Below, one piece after another: positions 1 to 12,804 of a stretch of 64,000 nt of DNA. Made by a program: the position numbers and the translations under genes. Below the pieces are notes generated by a model, which saw only the letters and a program-made list of their open reading frames with translations, was not told where the DNA came from and did no database searches. Position 1 is the first letter of the stretch. The number at the start of each line of letters is the position of its first letter. Source of the stretch: Marsupella aquatica (lineage: Eukaryota > Plantae > Marchantiophyta); assembly GCA_973895155.1 (NCBI GenBank), contig OZ316892.1:5798476-5862475 (forward strand), in the 5' to 3' direction.

Positions 1-566
1 GGTGCTATCCCAGCTGAAATAGGTTTGCTGACAAACTTGGAATGGCTATATCTGTATAGGAACGCATTCAGCGGCGTACTTACCTCATCTTTATCTAATT
101 GTTCACTCTTTCAGTTCCTTGAAAACCCAGGACTTTATCCTCAACCTTTGCCCTTCTGGACAGGATCGTTCCAATACTTGATTAATCTCTATTTACCTGA
201 GATGAATTTTCAAGGAGAGATTACGAATGAGATTGGTCACTGTCCCAACTACAGCAATTCGAAGTGCTCTTTCACAATTTGTCCGGAGTGCTTCCAGAGT
301 CTCTGGGAAACCGCACTAATTAATATTTACTATATTGACGTTAATTAGCTCCAATCAGCTCGCCGGTCAGGTTAAGGGTGAGTTGGGACAGATTTCACAA
401 ATGAAAACTCTCGCCATTTCAGATCACGTTTTTTCAGATGGCCTTTCCCGACGTTCATTTACAATCTGACAAACTTATACGACATTGGAGTCGAAGGTAA
501 TCGATTCAACAGAAACTTGTTAGAAGGAGATTTTGGAAGGCTTCAGAATTTGATTTATTTTGAAGA
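1..566 (+). pseudogene. Degenerate LRR receptor-like kinase ectodomain fragment, paralog of ~6562-7125; truncated by the window edge and by the foldback element at 573
   Basis: Colinear with 6562-7125 (ggtgctatcccagctgaaataggtttgctgacaaacttggaatggcta vs ggtgctatcccagatgaaataggtttgctgacaaacttggaatggcta). Carries frameshifts and stops, and homology ends at ~566. Confidence 0.85.
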
Positions 567-572
567 CGAATT

Positions 573-2339
573 CAGGGAGACGAGTCCCTGCATTGTCATT
601 CAATGCACCTCGATTCTCCCCCATAGTCCACCGGAATACTCTCCATTTTTGTGTCTCACTTTAGTTTCAGGCCAGCCACATTTTTGGGTCCCGGTTCAGT
701 TTTGAGGACACAAATTTTTGAGGAGTTCTAATGTTTGATAGTTTTAACTTATTCACAAATAATGTAAAACTATAATATCAATTTTAAAAATATCAATATA
801 TTTGTTAATATAAAATATAAAATAATTATAAAATATTAAATGGTAATGAGCATGGAGAATTGATGCACAGAAGTAGTGTGTGACCTAGTTGTATTGGAGG
901 TCAGTTGAGACTATGATGTGGCATGTTCAAGGCACACGATAGGCAACTTTTCTTTTCTTTGATTGAGGGCATGGAAAGGAATGAGGGGGCGGGGGTGTCT
1001 AATCGTATCTGAAAATGAAAATGGTAAATGAGATATATATGGGGGTTTCAAGTAATTTGGAGATAGCAAAAATAACAAAGGAAACACCCATGAGAGCCAG
1101 GGAGATAAATACCTATTTTGTTAATTTCTTGTACCTGCCCATTGTTGTGAGGTGCCAATCATGTTCCTGGTGGGGTAGTTGCTTTCAGTTTTAGGAAGAA
1201 TCCAACAAAAGAGGTTAGCCTGAGAAGCCAACAAAAGAGATTAGAAGTCAAAAGGCAAACAATATTAGAGGTGGTGTTCACAGGAGAAGACAGGCCTTGT
1301 GCAACAAGCTGAGAAACCAGTAAGACAAAAGAAAGCCCCTTGAAAAAGGCACAAAAACCAACCCAGCAGAAGGCCCCTATGAAGCGAGTCCAAAAGTGTG
1401 TGGTAGAGAAGACAACAGGGCCAGGATTGAGAAGTGTGCTCCAATAGACAGGTTTTTTAAAGTTTGCAAGGAATTGGTGCAATCATGGGTCTTAATTGGT
1501 TGAGTGTCTTGACAAATGTGTCAAGCACAGCACCTTTGGTAGACTTGTTTTCCAGGGTAGCCAACTTAGACTATTTCCAACCTTGTATGGTAGACTGCCA
1601 TTGGCTTCTAGGTTTTCTATTGTTTTGAAAAAAAAATTCATGAATAAAGTTTTGCTTCTTATACAATAAAATGTGTGCTTACCATGAATGATTTAGGAGA
1701 TAAATGGTTTTTTATGTGATCATGTCACTCTCCTCAACTTTTCTGTTGCTGCTATATGGAGCATCCTTGGACCTTCATATCCCCAAGTCCAATTTGTTTG
1801 GACATTATTTTAATTTTTATGCCTGTCTTTGATGGGTGTCTCCTTTGTTATTTTTTCTATCCCCAAAATTACTTGAACCCCTCATATATATTTCATTTAC
1901 CATTTCCATTTTCAAATACAATTAGACACCCCGCCCCTCTAACTTTCATTCCTTTCCATGCCCTCAATCAAAGAAAAGAAAAGTTGTCTGTCATGTGCCT
2001 TGAACACACCACCTCGTAGTCTCAACTGACCTCCAATACCACTAGGTCACACACTACTCCCGTCAATTCTCCATACTCATTACCATTTAATATTTTATCT
2101 TAAAAAATATATTGATATTTTAAAAATTGATATTATAGTTTTATGTCATTTTGAATAAGTTAAAAACGTCAAGCATTAGAACTCCTCAAAAATCTGTGCC
2201 CTCCTCAAAACTGAACCGGGATCCAAAAATGGGGCTGGCCTGAAACTGCAGTGAGACACAAAAATGGAGAGAGTATTCCGGTGGGCTCTTGGAGAGAATC
2301 GAGGTGCATTGAATGACAATGCAAGGACTCGTCTCCCTG
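573..2339. mobile_element. Non-autonomous foldback/long-TIR DNA transposon (~520-bp imperfect TIRs, ~740-bp core)
   Basis: 573-~1091 is the reverse complement of ~1831-2339 (cagggagacgagtccctgcattgtcattcaatgcacctcgattctc vs gagaatcgaggtgcattgaatgacaatgcaaggactcgtctccctg). No transposase ORF and no clean TSD. Confidence 0.85.
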
Positions 2340-3750
2340 AATACGATGAGTGGTGTGGCTCATCCGAGGTCTACCTCTCCCATACGTCTGAAGAATTGAG
2401 TGGTGAGAGTGAAGGACCTACCACACTTACTATCGTTGGGCTTGTCCACTGGAAATTGTGCGTCACTGCGTCTGATGTCATATACAGTACGCTCTTAGTA
2501 ATTAGATTTGTGCAAAAGTTAGGTAGTGGTAAGAAATGGCAATTTTGCTTTTTTGCAAATGCCACCTAGTGTGAAAAGGAAATTGTTATGAAGATCCCTT
2601 ATTTAATTTTCTGATTGTCAAGATCTTCTTAGATTTCAGCCTGTTGATTCTAGGTGATGGGCTTTATGGTTAGCCAGAGATTAGCCTGAAGGAATCCAAC
2701 GCCATTGGATCTTGAGAGAGGGAACACAAACAGCCATAATTGGATGCTAAGGAGAAAAGCTGGATTACTTTTTTTGACCCACGCACACAAACAGACTGAG
2801 GCAATTTGATAAATTAAAAAAAATCTTGGAAATGTATTTATTATGCAAGAAAAAATTAGATGGAAATGTAGTAAATCCCATAACCTCATTAAGCTTACAT
2901 GAGATGAAATGCCCCTTGAAATGGACAGCAACCACACGTTTGGGCTAGGTGTCAACCAAATGCCCCAAATGAAGTAGACTGAGAAAACCATATTATTGTC
3001 TGGGAAACTTTTTAATTGCCAGAGTCATGCAAAAGTTTGGAAGCAACTAAATTCAAACAGGTTTTCGACATCAAAGATTGCAACCGAAGCTCCTACTCCA
3101 GTAGTGTCCATTTTGTAAGCAACATCGTCTAATTTACATCCAATGTCCATTTGAAACATTGTCAGGTTGTAAAGTGTGTCTGACCATCTCAAACCTCTTC
3201 CTACTCAAACTATTCATCCTGCCACGGTGAATACAGAAGACGGACCTGAACAAAGTGCTGTAGGCTCGGCAAAGAGACTATTAATGTAGTTGGGGGAGGT
3301 TGGGGCTTGAAATCATGTAAACAATGTATTGCGTAATAGGTCCACAAAGTGAAATAGGTTCACTGAGTAGTTCCCTTTGTGTACCAATGAAAGCATAATT
3401 CCCTTTGAATGTGTACGAAATCTGTAACATTGGATTAGCCCCAGTTGCAATATTGAGCTGAAATATTCTGAGAGATTCAAATGCAACTCAAGTAGCATTT
3501 ATGTTCATCACTCTATTCATATATTAAAATTCTAGAAGTCCAGATGTTGGAGCTGAAAACCAATCTCTTTTGGCTGCACCATAAGTCTATAAAAGTATCC
3601 CCATGGGGACCCTACGCTTAGATGTGCTAATACTACAGTACTGCCATTTGACTTCTTGCAATTAAAAACAGTGTTTCCTTTGCAAAGGGGTATCCCATAT
3701 ATATAGAAGTGTGCTTGTTTTCTCATTCATGGAGCCCTAAGCTAGATCGG

Positions 3751-3891
3751 TAGTGCAAGTCATTCAGGTACTTTATTGCTATCATTCAAAAATTGTGAAA
3801 CTTACCTCCAAACGAGAAGTGTAGTGCAAGTGATTCAGGTACTTTATTGCTATCATTCAAAAATTGTGAAACTTACCTCCAAACGAGAAGT
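3751..3891 (+). repeat. Tandem duplication, 2 x ~71 bp
   Basis: tagtgcaagt(c/g)attcaggtactttattgctatcattcaaaaattgtgaaacttacctccaaacgagaagt occurs twice head-to-tail. Confidence 0.9.
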
Positions 3892-5305
3892 TTTCGTGAC
3901 TTTGCACACATATCTTTAACAAGATGGGCCCAGGTTGTATGTTTTATGGCAGCAAAAAACATGATAAAACAAAGTATAGAGCTAATGGTCATAACTCATT
4001 CCCTCCAGAAGGGAATGAGTTTGTAAACTGAAACCCACCATTTTAGATTGACTCCCTTCAAAAAGCGAATGAGTTTGTAAACCCACCATTTTTATTATAG
4101 TAGTAGATAGATATTAAGAAGACCCACCATTTTTTACTTGATTAGTTATTATAGTAGTACATACAAATTTCTCTAAAAATGTAAAAAAGATTTCACACAC
4201 GGCGTAGAGTCACACCACCTGCATAGCCACATATCAAATCCTGTGCATGGGCAACTCTTTCAAGTCAATTGAACAGTATGCAGTAGTATGCACTTGCAGT
4301 GCGAGCGCTCAGGTGAACAATTTAAGGATCACCTGAGGTACATTCCCATTATTGATACATGAGGCCTTCCAATCGATGGATATATGGGACTGTACCGAGC
4401 GTCGCGGCTTCATGAAATCGACGAGAGATGAACTCGAAATCGTAGCTTGACCGAGGTTGGCAGCTTTTCAACGAAGGATACTGCCTGGACATCTCGATAA
4501 TATTGTGACAGAGGTAGCGGCGCGTCCCAACCTCTACCCATGTCATAACATTAGCAACTCTCAGCTTGTCCTACGCATGCAAATCTATGTTGCAGACAGT
4601 ATTTGATTGTGCTCCCGTTCCCAGAGCGAATTCTAAAAACCGGCCGCTCTCCTCGATCCATAGAAGGAAGCAGGCTTGCTGGTGCTACACTCCTAGCGAA
4701 TTTTCATTCTCCTTCTGGCTACGGCGGACATTGTGGACTGTGTGAATGCACTTTGTCGGCCAGTCGAAGGAGATCGTTACCCTTTGTAAGCATGGATTAT
4801 TGCTTTCCTCCATCATCGTCTAATTTGTCAGTTGTCTTACAATTTGAGCAAGGAGAATTGCAAATCACTTGCATTGCTCTGAAGGTAAGGACGAAAGCTC
4901 TAGTCCGTGGATTAATCAATTGGCACCTTTCCAAGAAAATCAACTTGAGCGTTTTAAGCATTTTTAAGATGCAACCTCGGATAGAAGTCTAACGTCGATG
5001 CAGCATGAAGATCAATCAGTAATTGCAGATTTGGAATGAAATGTCATCAATATTGTGAAGATTGTGTCAGTGGTTTCAGGCTTTACTTCGATCAGCCATG
5101 CATGAACTTCTAGACGTTTAAGAGCACAGATATGGTATAGAGCAGTCCTAAAGGTTATCCTAAGGTCTGACTTGTCAGTCAGACTCTTACAATCCCGGCT
5201 TACAATTTGAGCGCTGCGAATTGCAGAAATCGCTCGCGTTCGATCAGTGACACTCCGGGTAAGGAGGAAAGAGTCGGTGCATCAATCAATTGGCCGAGTT
5301 TCAAG

Positions 5306-8300
5306 ATGGCAGCGACTTCGACTAGAGGTACAATTCTCCGACATCTTATCATTACCTTTGTGATCCTAGCCAACTTCGGCCAATGGTCTTCGTGCGATTC
5401 TATCGGCACTAGTCTCAAGAGTCGTGCTAGAGCTTGCAAGTGGGTGGGAGGAGCTACTACTACAGCGGTCAATCTGGTAGCCACTGATGCGTCCAGTCCT
5501 ACTCTTTCCACAACCGACATGGGAAGGAGAAGACTCTCGCTTCAACAAAATCTAGACACCAACCCGATCAAGTCCAGCATGGAAATGGAAATTCTCATGG
5601 CCTTCAAGAGTGACATCACGGGCGACCCACAGGGAGTGCTGATCAGCTGGCGTGCAAATGACTCTGATCCCTGTAGGTGGGCGGGAGTTGGATGTTCTCC
5701 AAACTCCAAGAAGGTCACCACGCTCAATCTGAGAGGCCTCAGGCTGGTAGGAACGGTCTCCACTCTCCTTGGTCAGCTTATAAATCTGCAGAATCTCGAC
5801 CTCTCCCAAAACCTCTTGCGTGGCTCAATACCAGCCAGTGTTGGAAACTGCTCCGAGTTGTTGCATCTCAACATGTTGTTCAACGCAATGAATAGATATA
5901 TCCCTCCTCCAGTGGGAAATCTTGCCAAACTTCAAACTCTAGACTTGTCCAACAACAATCTCACTGGACGGATTCCCGAAACACTTGCCAACTGCTCGGC
6001 ATTACAACGTCTGGACTTAAGTACGAATGCTTTCGACGGAGGCATTCCTTCTCAACTCGGCGCTCTGTCCAATTTGAGGTTTCTCAGTCTCGAGAAGAGC
6101 TCAATTTCTGGCTCCATTCCACCTTCTCTGAGTAATTGCTCATCACTGACCCAGTTGTAGTTGAGTTACAATGTCGGACTGAGGGGGGAGCTCCCATTCC
6201 AGTTGGGGGAGTTGATTCACTTGCAAGATTTTCGCGTACTAGGGTGCAGTTTCGGGCGGGGGGGGGGGGGGGGGTTCCCATGTGGACACTAAATCTGACC
6301 TCAATGCAGCATCTCAACCTCGGTCGCAATCAATTGGCTGGTCAACTACCTCAAACAGGCTGGACACAATTATCCAATCTTACCTTTCTAAAATTGGATT
6401 CCAATGTTTGGGATGGATCTGAGATTCCACATGAGATAGGTTCATTGAATAATTTGTATTTTCTTGACATCGAAAATGGTGGTCTCGTCGGAGAGATTCC
6501 AAGATCCATTTTCAATATCACGTCCCTTAAGTCGCTTGTGTTGGACAAGAACCAATTGACGGGTGCTATCCCAGATGAAATAGGTTTGCTGACAAACTTG
6601 GAATGGCTATTTCTTTTTAGCAACGCCTTCAGCGGCGTACTTCCCTCTTCGTTATCTAATTGTTCACTCCTTCAGTTACTTTTGTTGGGAGAAAACCCAG
6701 GATTTAATCCTCAACCTTGGCCCTCCTGGATAGGATCGTTCAAATATTTGAGTAGTCTGTATTTCCCTGAGATGAATTTTCAGGGACATATTTCGACAGA
6801 GATTGGTCAATCAACTACAGGAATTTATTGTGTTCTCTAATAATTTGTCCGGAGTGATTCCAGCCTCTCTGGGAAACTGCAGTAACGTTATAAATATTGA
6901 GATTAACGGAAACCAGCTAGCCGGTCAGATTCCCCCTGAGTTGGGACAACTGTCACAATTGCAAACTTTCCAAATTTCAGATAATGCTTTCTCAGCTAGC
7001 CCTTTCCCGTCGTTCATCTACAATCTGACGAACATATCACTCCTACGAGTCGCATATAATCGATTCAATGGAAACTTGTTGGAAGGAGATTTTGGAAGCC
7101 TCCAGAACTTGTTTTCTTTTGAAGCCAGTAATAACTATTTTGACGGCCCGATTCCTGGATCCTTGAGCAATTGTTCCAACCTGCATACTTTAGATTTGCA
7201 AGGGAATACACTGAGTGGAGAAATTCCATCCGGGCTCGGCAACTTGACCAGTCTACAATCGCTTCTACTGGGAAGCAACAACTTTCATGGAAGTATTCCG
7301 ACCTGTTGACCTCCTGAGGAACTTTAACTTGATGCAATCCCTTGATTTCAGTGCCAATAACTTGGATGGTACCATCCCAGGGCAGATTGGCCAACTTGTC
7401 AGCTTGCAGCAATTGAATATATCTGCGAATCATTTCATAGGGGCAGTTCCGGATTCATTGCGCAATTGTACACAGCTGCTGTCAATGGATTTGTCATACA
7501 ACAGACTGACCAGCAGTATTCCGGGAGAAGCTTTTGCAACGATGTCTTCTCTGACCACCCTAAACTTATCCCGTAATTTATTTTCTGGTTCATGGCCATC
7601 ACAATTTGGTGGGCTGAACAGAATTGTGGTGATAAATGTATCTGCCAACACATCTCAGGACCGATTCCTTTGGGTCTCGGGGGATGCCTTTCGCTTGGAA
7701 GCTTGGATGTCTCTTTCAATCAGTTGTCAGGAGCAATCCCTCAACATCTTGGATTGCTTAAGTATCTTACGACCTTCAACGCTTCTTACAACAACTTCAG
7801 CGGGCCAATCCCTGCTTCTGGTGCTTTCAGAGACAATCTGACGACGGCTTCATTTTTGGGAAATCCTGACCTGTGTGGAGGTGTTCTTGGGCCTCAACGA
7901 CTCTGTCCAGTTGAAATAGCTTCGCCAGTTGGGAGATCTCATTGCAACTGTTTTGAATGTCCCGTTGTGTGGATATCTGTAGTTTGTGCCGTGGGTTTTG
8001 TTATAATTCTCCTGGGAGCATTGTATATCTCCTCCCATTTCTATCGCAAGAAAGAGAGCGGGGACCTGGGACTCGTAACATTCACCACTGATCCTTCCCT
8101 GAGGTTCTTGACGAAATTCGTCATAGTTGCTGCCATGGGACAGGAGGACTCTGCAATCGGAAGTGGGCCCAAAAGCGTTGTGTACAAGGCTACTTTATCT
8201 GGGGGTGAGATTATTGCCATCAAAGCGGGCATCAAAGTTCTGAAGGATCAAGCACCATTTGCAATTGACGCAGAGGAGCTTCGTGCAAAGGAGTTCTTCA

Positions 8301-9474
8301 ATGAGGCACACACTCTTGCTCAGCTACGGCACCGCAACATCATTAAAGTTGTCGGGTTGTACTCTACAAAGGATATCAAGGCCATCTTGCTGGAATACAT
8401 GCCCAACGGAAGTTTACATGCAAAGCTGCATGGAAATGCCCAGTGTGACTTGACTTGGGCACAAAGATTCAGAATACTCTTGGGTGTGAGCCATGGAATG
8501 GTGTACCTTCACCATGAATTTCCAGATCCAATCATCCATAGAGATTTGAAGCCAAGCAACATACTTCTGGATGCAGACGGGGATGCAGATTTGGAACCAC
8601 AAATCTGTGACTTTGGCATTGCCAAGTTTGTGGGATACAACGATGGGGACAACGGAGAAGTCACTGCCTCCACCGTTTGTGGCACCTTTGGCTACATGCC
8701 CCCAGGTGAGTTTGCTCTACTTATTTAGAATGGGTATTTGTATATACACTATATGTTTGGTCCCTGATAGAGCTAGGCTGGAACAATTGATTACACCCCT
8801 GACTACTTCATGACCCGAAGTAACTACACTACATGTTCGAGGATGATATATGTGGATTAAATTGTTGTTGGTATTACGATGTTAGTAAGGATTTTTACGT
8901 AGTCTACATTATCCACGGATACATAACTTTTTCTGCTTATTTGTACTGCATTCACACTATAAATCTGATGTACTGCAGTGGTACGTACAAATCAATAATC
9001 ATTGATTTGTCCAATGTAATTCTTGATCTTTGCCGTTTTCGTGGGCCTGTTGGCTACCTAGAATATGGGACAGGTGCGAGAGTCAGCACCAAAGGGGATG
9101 TTTACACCTTTGGAGTGGTTATTCTTGAACTCTTGACTGCAAAATCAGTGACACAGACTCAAAGCATGGCGCACTCGGGCCAAGATGATGGTCTAATGAG
9201 CACAGTGCAGCGGAGTTTTCAAGAGTCACAGATAACACCTGGAATTACGCCACTGGAGGTGCTTGATCCAGCTCTCAAAATTGAGGGTGCCGATGATGCT
9301 ATCATTAGGCAGCAAATGGTGCTAACCTTGCAGTTAGGCCTTTTTTGCACAAGGTTGCTGCCGGAAAGCCGCCCATCCATGACGGTCATACTTGAATTCT
9401 TACTTGAAATCGAGAAAATGGGTCAGGGAGCAGTGATTGAAAGAACAATAGATGACCTTCTCAAGGAAGGATGA
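5306..9474 (+). pseudogene. LRR receptor-like Ser/Thr kinase (signal peptide, LRRNT, many LRRs, TM helix, RD kinase); disrupted
   Basis: ATG at 5306; LRRNT 'LMAFKSDITGDPQGVLISW..PCRWAGVGC'; plant LRR consensus; GNPDLCG cap; TM helix; HRDLKPSNILL, DFG, GTFGYMPP|EYG split by a GT-AG intron at 8706-9061; stop at 9474. In-frame TAG at 6158-6160 and frameshifts at ~6270, ~6810, ~7305 and ~7650. Confidence 0.85.
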
Positions 9475-10369
9475 TGATGTTAATTCCACCTTCCAAAGCA
9501 GACCTTGAAATTCTCACTCATTCGGATTGAAATATATTACTATAGTAGATACTTTGGCGTCCATAGCAACCGGAGAGTTTGCTTTGTCAGGTTGTGTTTA
9601 TTTCTGTCTTGATGATGGCGATGATTGAGAGACTTTGAGACATCTGAAAGCCAAGTAAGGTGAAGCTTCTTTTTTCTTTAATCCTTACCTTGTATCTATA
9701 TAGACACGGCAGTCTTTACATGAGAAGTTGTCTGGCTCCGTGACACCATTATGAGTACTATTAGAGTATCTATCGTGTTGTCTGAGTTTAGAGCTTTCAT
9801 GTGTGTGCTATTTGAGCACATTAGGGATTCTCTACCTTTGAAGGGATAGTTAGTCCTTGTGGTGGCTTGGAGACTTCATCTTTCAACATTGAACCTTCAA
9901 GTATCAGCTTTGGCGGCTATGGTGGTCGGCCATATTTGTATGCATAGAATGCAGATTACTTCAAGTGCAAGGTGTGTTTGGCTCAACATTGGATTGGGCG
10001 GGCATCAATTGTGTATTGTTGATTACGATCGTTGTGTGATTCATCGAAAATTATTGTAAGTTTGTACATGATTGTGTGTACATGAGTTCCACTTATATTT
10101 CATTCTCCTATGTTTGTTTGAATGTGTCTAAGTATGTTTGGATGTGTGTGACATGCAATGTATGATATGTATCAATGTGTATGCACACGACAAGTGCTTC
10201 CGGAAGATGATTGGACGCTCTAGTGGAGGTTGAAAAGTAATGACCTTGTAATAATGATGTTGTTCCACGTATCTTCCTAAACGAGTCGCACCTTGAAAGT
10301 AATTCATTTGGATCTATATAATTTGTCTGGATTCCTGGGAGGTAACAGTTTCCAAAAAACTTAGCAAAT

Positions 10370-10570
10370 ACAATTCTACCCGCCCAATGCCAATGTGTTG
10401 CACAATTCATAACAAGGAAGAATTGTCCAAGTGTGGCAAAGATGTCGAGGCAACAAAAAAATTGTCGAGATGAGTTTAGATGTTGAGGTGAGACAAAGAG
10501 TGACGTTGTGCAGAGAAAAAGATATCAAGACAAGGCAAAGATGTCAAGGAGAGGCAAGGAAATGCAAGAC
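10370..10570 (-). mobile_element. Probable 3' subterminal part of Helitron copy A
   Basis: Reverse complement resembles 27180-27250 (tttgtctcacctc(g/a)acatc), which lies downstream of the helicase in copy B. Confidence 0.45.
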
Positions 10571-11699
10571 ACTAAAGAAAGAAAGAAATCAAGTCCAAGC
10601 ATAGCCACATGAAATGGAAGGGTTATTTTTGTAGTTCCTTTTGATTTTTAGGTTTTTAATTTAAGAAAATAATTATTTTCTATATTTTCTACTCAATTTC
10701 AATTTAAATTATTATTTTATTAATTGATTTTGGCAAGTTTGGAAAGAAAATTGAGATTAAAGAGGGGTATGGATGGATCTCATGAAACCTGAAAACCTAA
10801 AAATGAGTTATTCCTCCATGTAAACTTGATTAAGTAGTCCCAACAAACAACCAAAATTTAAGGGAGATACTCTGAGATTACTAATTGAGTACTGCAATAA
10901 AGGGAGGGAGGAGTACTTGAAAAGCAGGCTCGGAGAATACCTAAGATACCCAACAAAACAAAGAATTCACCTCACCAACAAGAGAATGAGATCTCACTTA
11001 GTACCTGATCCCACTAGGAAAGTGTTATGTCATGAAAATCTTCATCCAAATTAATATTTTCAACTTGCATGTTGATCTTATTTCATGAAATGATTTGTCT
11101 AATAATTGAAAATATTTTCAGAATTTCTAATTTAGTAAATTTAGAGAAATAGCCAATTAAGTATAAATATGGCTCCTCTATTCATGGAAACATGTCATTT
11201 CATTTGTTTCAAGTTGAGTAACTTTTGCTCTTGTGTGTGTTTGGTGTACATTCAGTTCACTTTTTGGAAATGGTTGCATGTTATGAGTCGGCTGATTAAT
11301 ATTCAGATAGTATTTCAGATGATGTTTTTCTTCCAGATGGTTCTTGTAAAGTTTTTTCTCCAGAATCACCTAGAAAAACCACTCTTTTAGAGATATGCCT
11401 CTTCCAACTCCAATGAATAATTTCATATAAGTTGAAACAGAATCCAAGATGTGTGCCAAATAGTGGGAAAAACATTGTTGCCCCTTCTGTAATTGTTCGT
11501 AGCAATTCTTTTGACTCGTTTGAAAGCACTAGCTAGTCCCCCCTGGGCGTCAGGTCCTATCCCATCCAATTGATTGACACTAGCAAGAGTCCGAAGCAAG
11601 AGTCCTTGAAGCAACAGTCCAAAGCAAGAGTCTTCAAGGGAGTGCACAGTTGGGAAAGTGGACTCCTGAATTCATGAAGACTGATTCTAACAAGTTGCC

Positions 11700-12219
11700 T
11701 AGACCAATATAGGTATTCAGTAGTCCCCATTTTGTGCCAGATATTTTGTAACTGGTACAGGCATTTTTTATTGACCGTGCCGTGCGTAGTTGTTTAACAT
11801 TGTGAGATGCACAATTCTGACACAAAAGCAAACACTATGGACAAGTTTCAACTGATCGGGCCCCTCTTCCCAAAATAGAAATTCCCTTGCCCCGGTGAGA
11901 ACATCTTTTATAAGCATGAAGCCAGCCCTATGGATTTGAAAGGCACTTGGCGTGGTTGTCATGTAAGTGATTAAGATAGGGCCGCCACAAGGGAAGATTC
12001 CATCAACCTCCAAATGACCTGGAGCAGAAGGCCGCATATGTCTCTTAATAACATTCCATCCGGTACAAATGGTTGACCACACCTTGGATCCACTTGATGG
12101 TATTGTGTAACATGATGTGAAGACCCTGGAGGTGAAATCATTAACCCCCCCCCACTTCTTTTCAGATAGTTGCCAAATATACATTTGCAATATCCTCATG
12201 AGTAGGGGGTCAGCTTCTA
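11700..12219 (-). mobile_element. Decayed non-LTR (L1-like) retrotransposon ORF2 fragment
   Basis: Translation 'SGSKVWSTICTGWNVIKRHMRP' resembles the post-RT region of plant LINE ORF2. Recognised by pattern only. Confidence 0.4.
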
Positions 12220-12800
12220 AGTCGCGAAACTCGACTACCTTAACACTTAGCTCTAGCGTCGCTAACTCCGACTTTGAGCACCCTGGACCTACTTTGGTCG
12301 CCAGAAGCATATATGAGGGGAGTGGTGTCTCCCAAGGGGCTAAGGGCGAGCCGAAGTCGTGAGCCGCGATGGTCGCAACACTAAATTAAAGAAAATGTCA
12401 AACATAAACGGTGATAACTTTCCAACGGAAAGTCCGTTGGAATACTTCTTGGATGCGTTGGAAAGCTCTCAAGGAGGACTACATCCTCCTGAGCTCAACT
12501 GGGTCTAGGAGTGCCATGGGTTTGCGGGGGCTATCTCGCCCGCTTGCCAAATCCTATCAAAACAACAGCCAAGCCGCGTTCAGTCTCTCAAGGGATTGAG
12601 CTTGCGTTGGGGAGGCATGGGCAAGTAGGCATGGAGGTTGAGTTCCAATGAAGGGCACTTGGCCCTAGACCATCAGTGGGGCGAGAACCAGGAGTTGGTT
12701 GCTAGAGTAAGGGCCATTCTGGTTCCAACATGTTGGGACCAGTTTGGGACAAGCTTTAGGACATGCTACGCTGATTGGGCCATGGGCATGTCCTGGGGCA
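12220..12800 (-). mobile_element. Shorter copy of the LINE-like element at 20136-21653
   Basis: 12220-12272 is the reverse complement of ~21598-21651, and ~12300-12790 of ~20570-21075. Same terminus ...ttaaggtagtcgagtttcgcgact. Confidence 0.8.
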
Positions 12801-12804
12801 AGGC

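Noticed and set aside
4349-4992. Short ORFs upstream of the RLK
   Set aside because: No recognisable motifs or supporting splice structure.
6158-6160. Programmed stop-codon readthrough in the RLK
   Set aside because: Four further frameshifts downstream make simple pseudogenisation more parsimonious.
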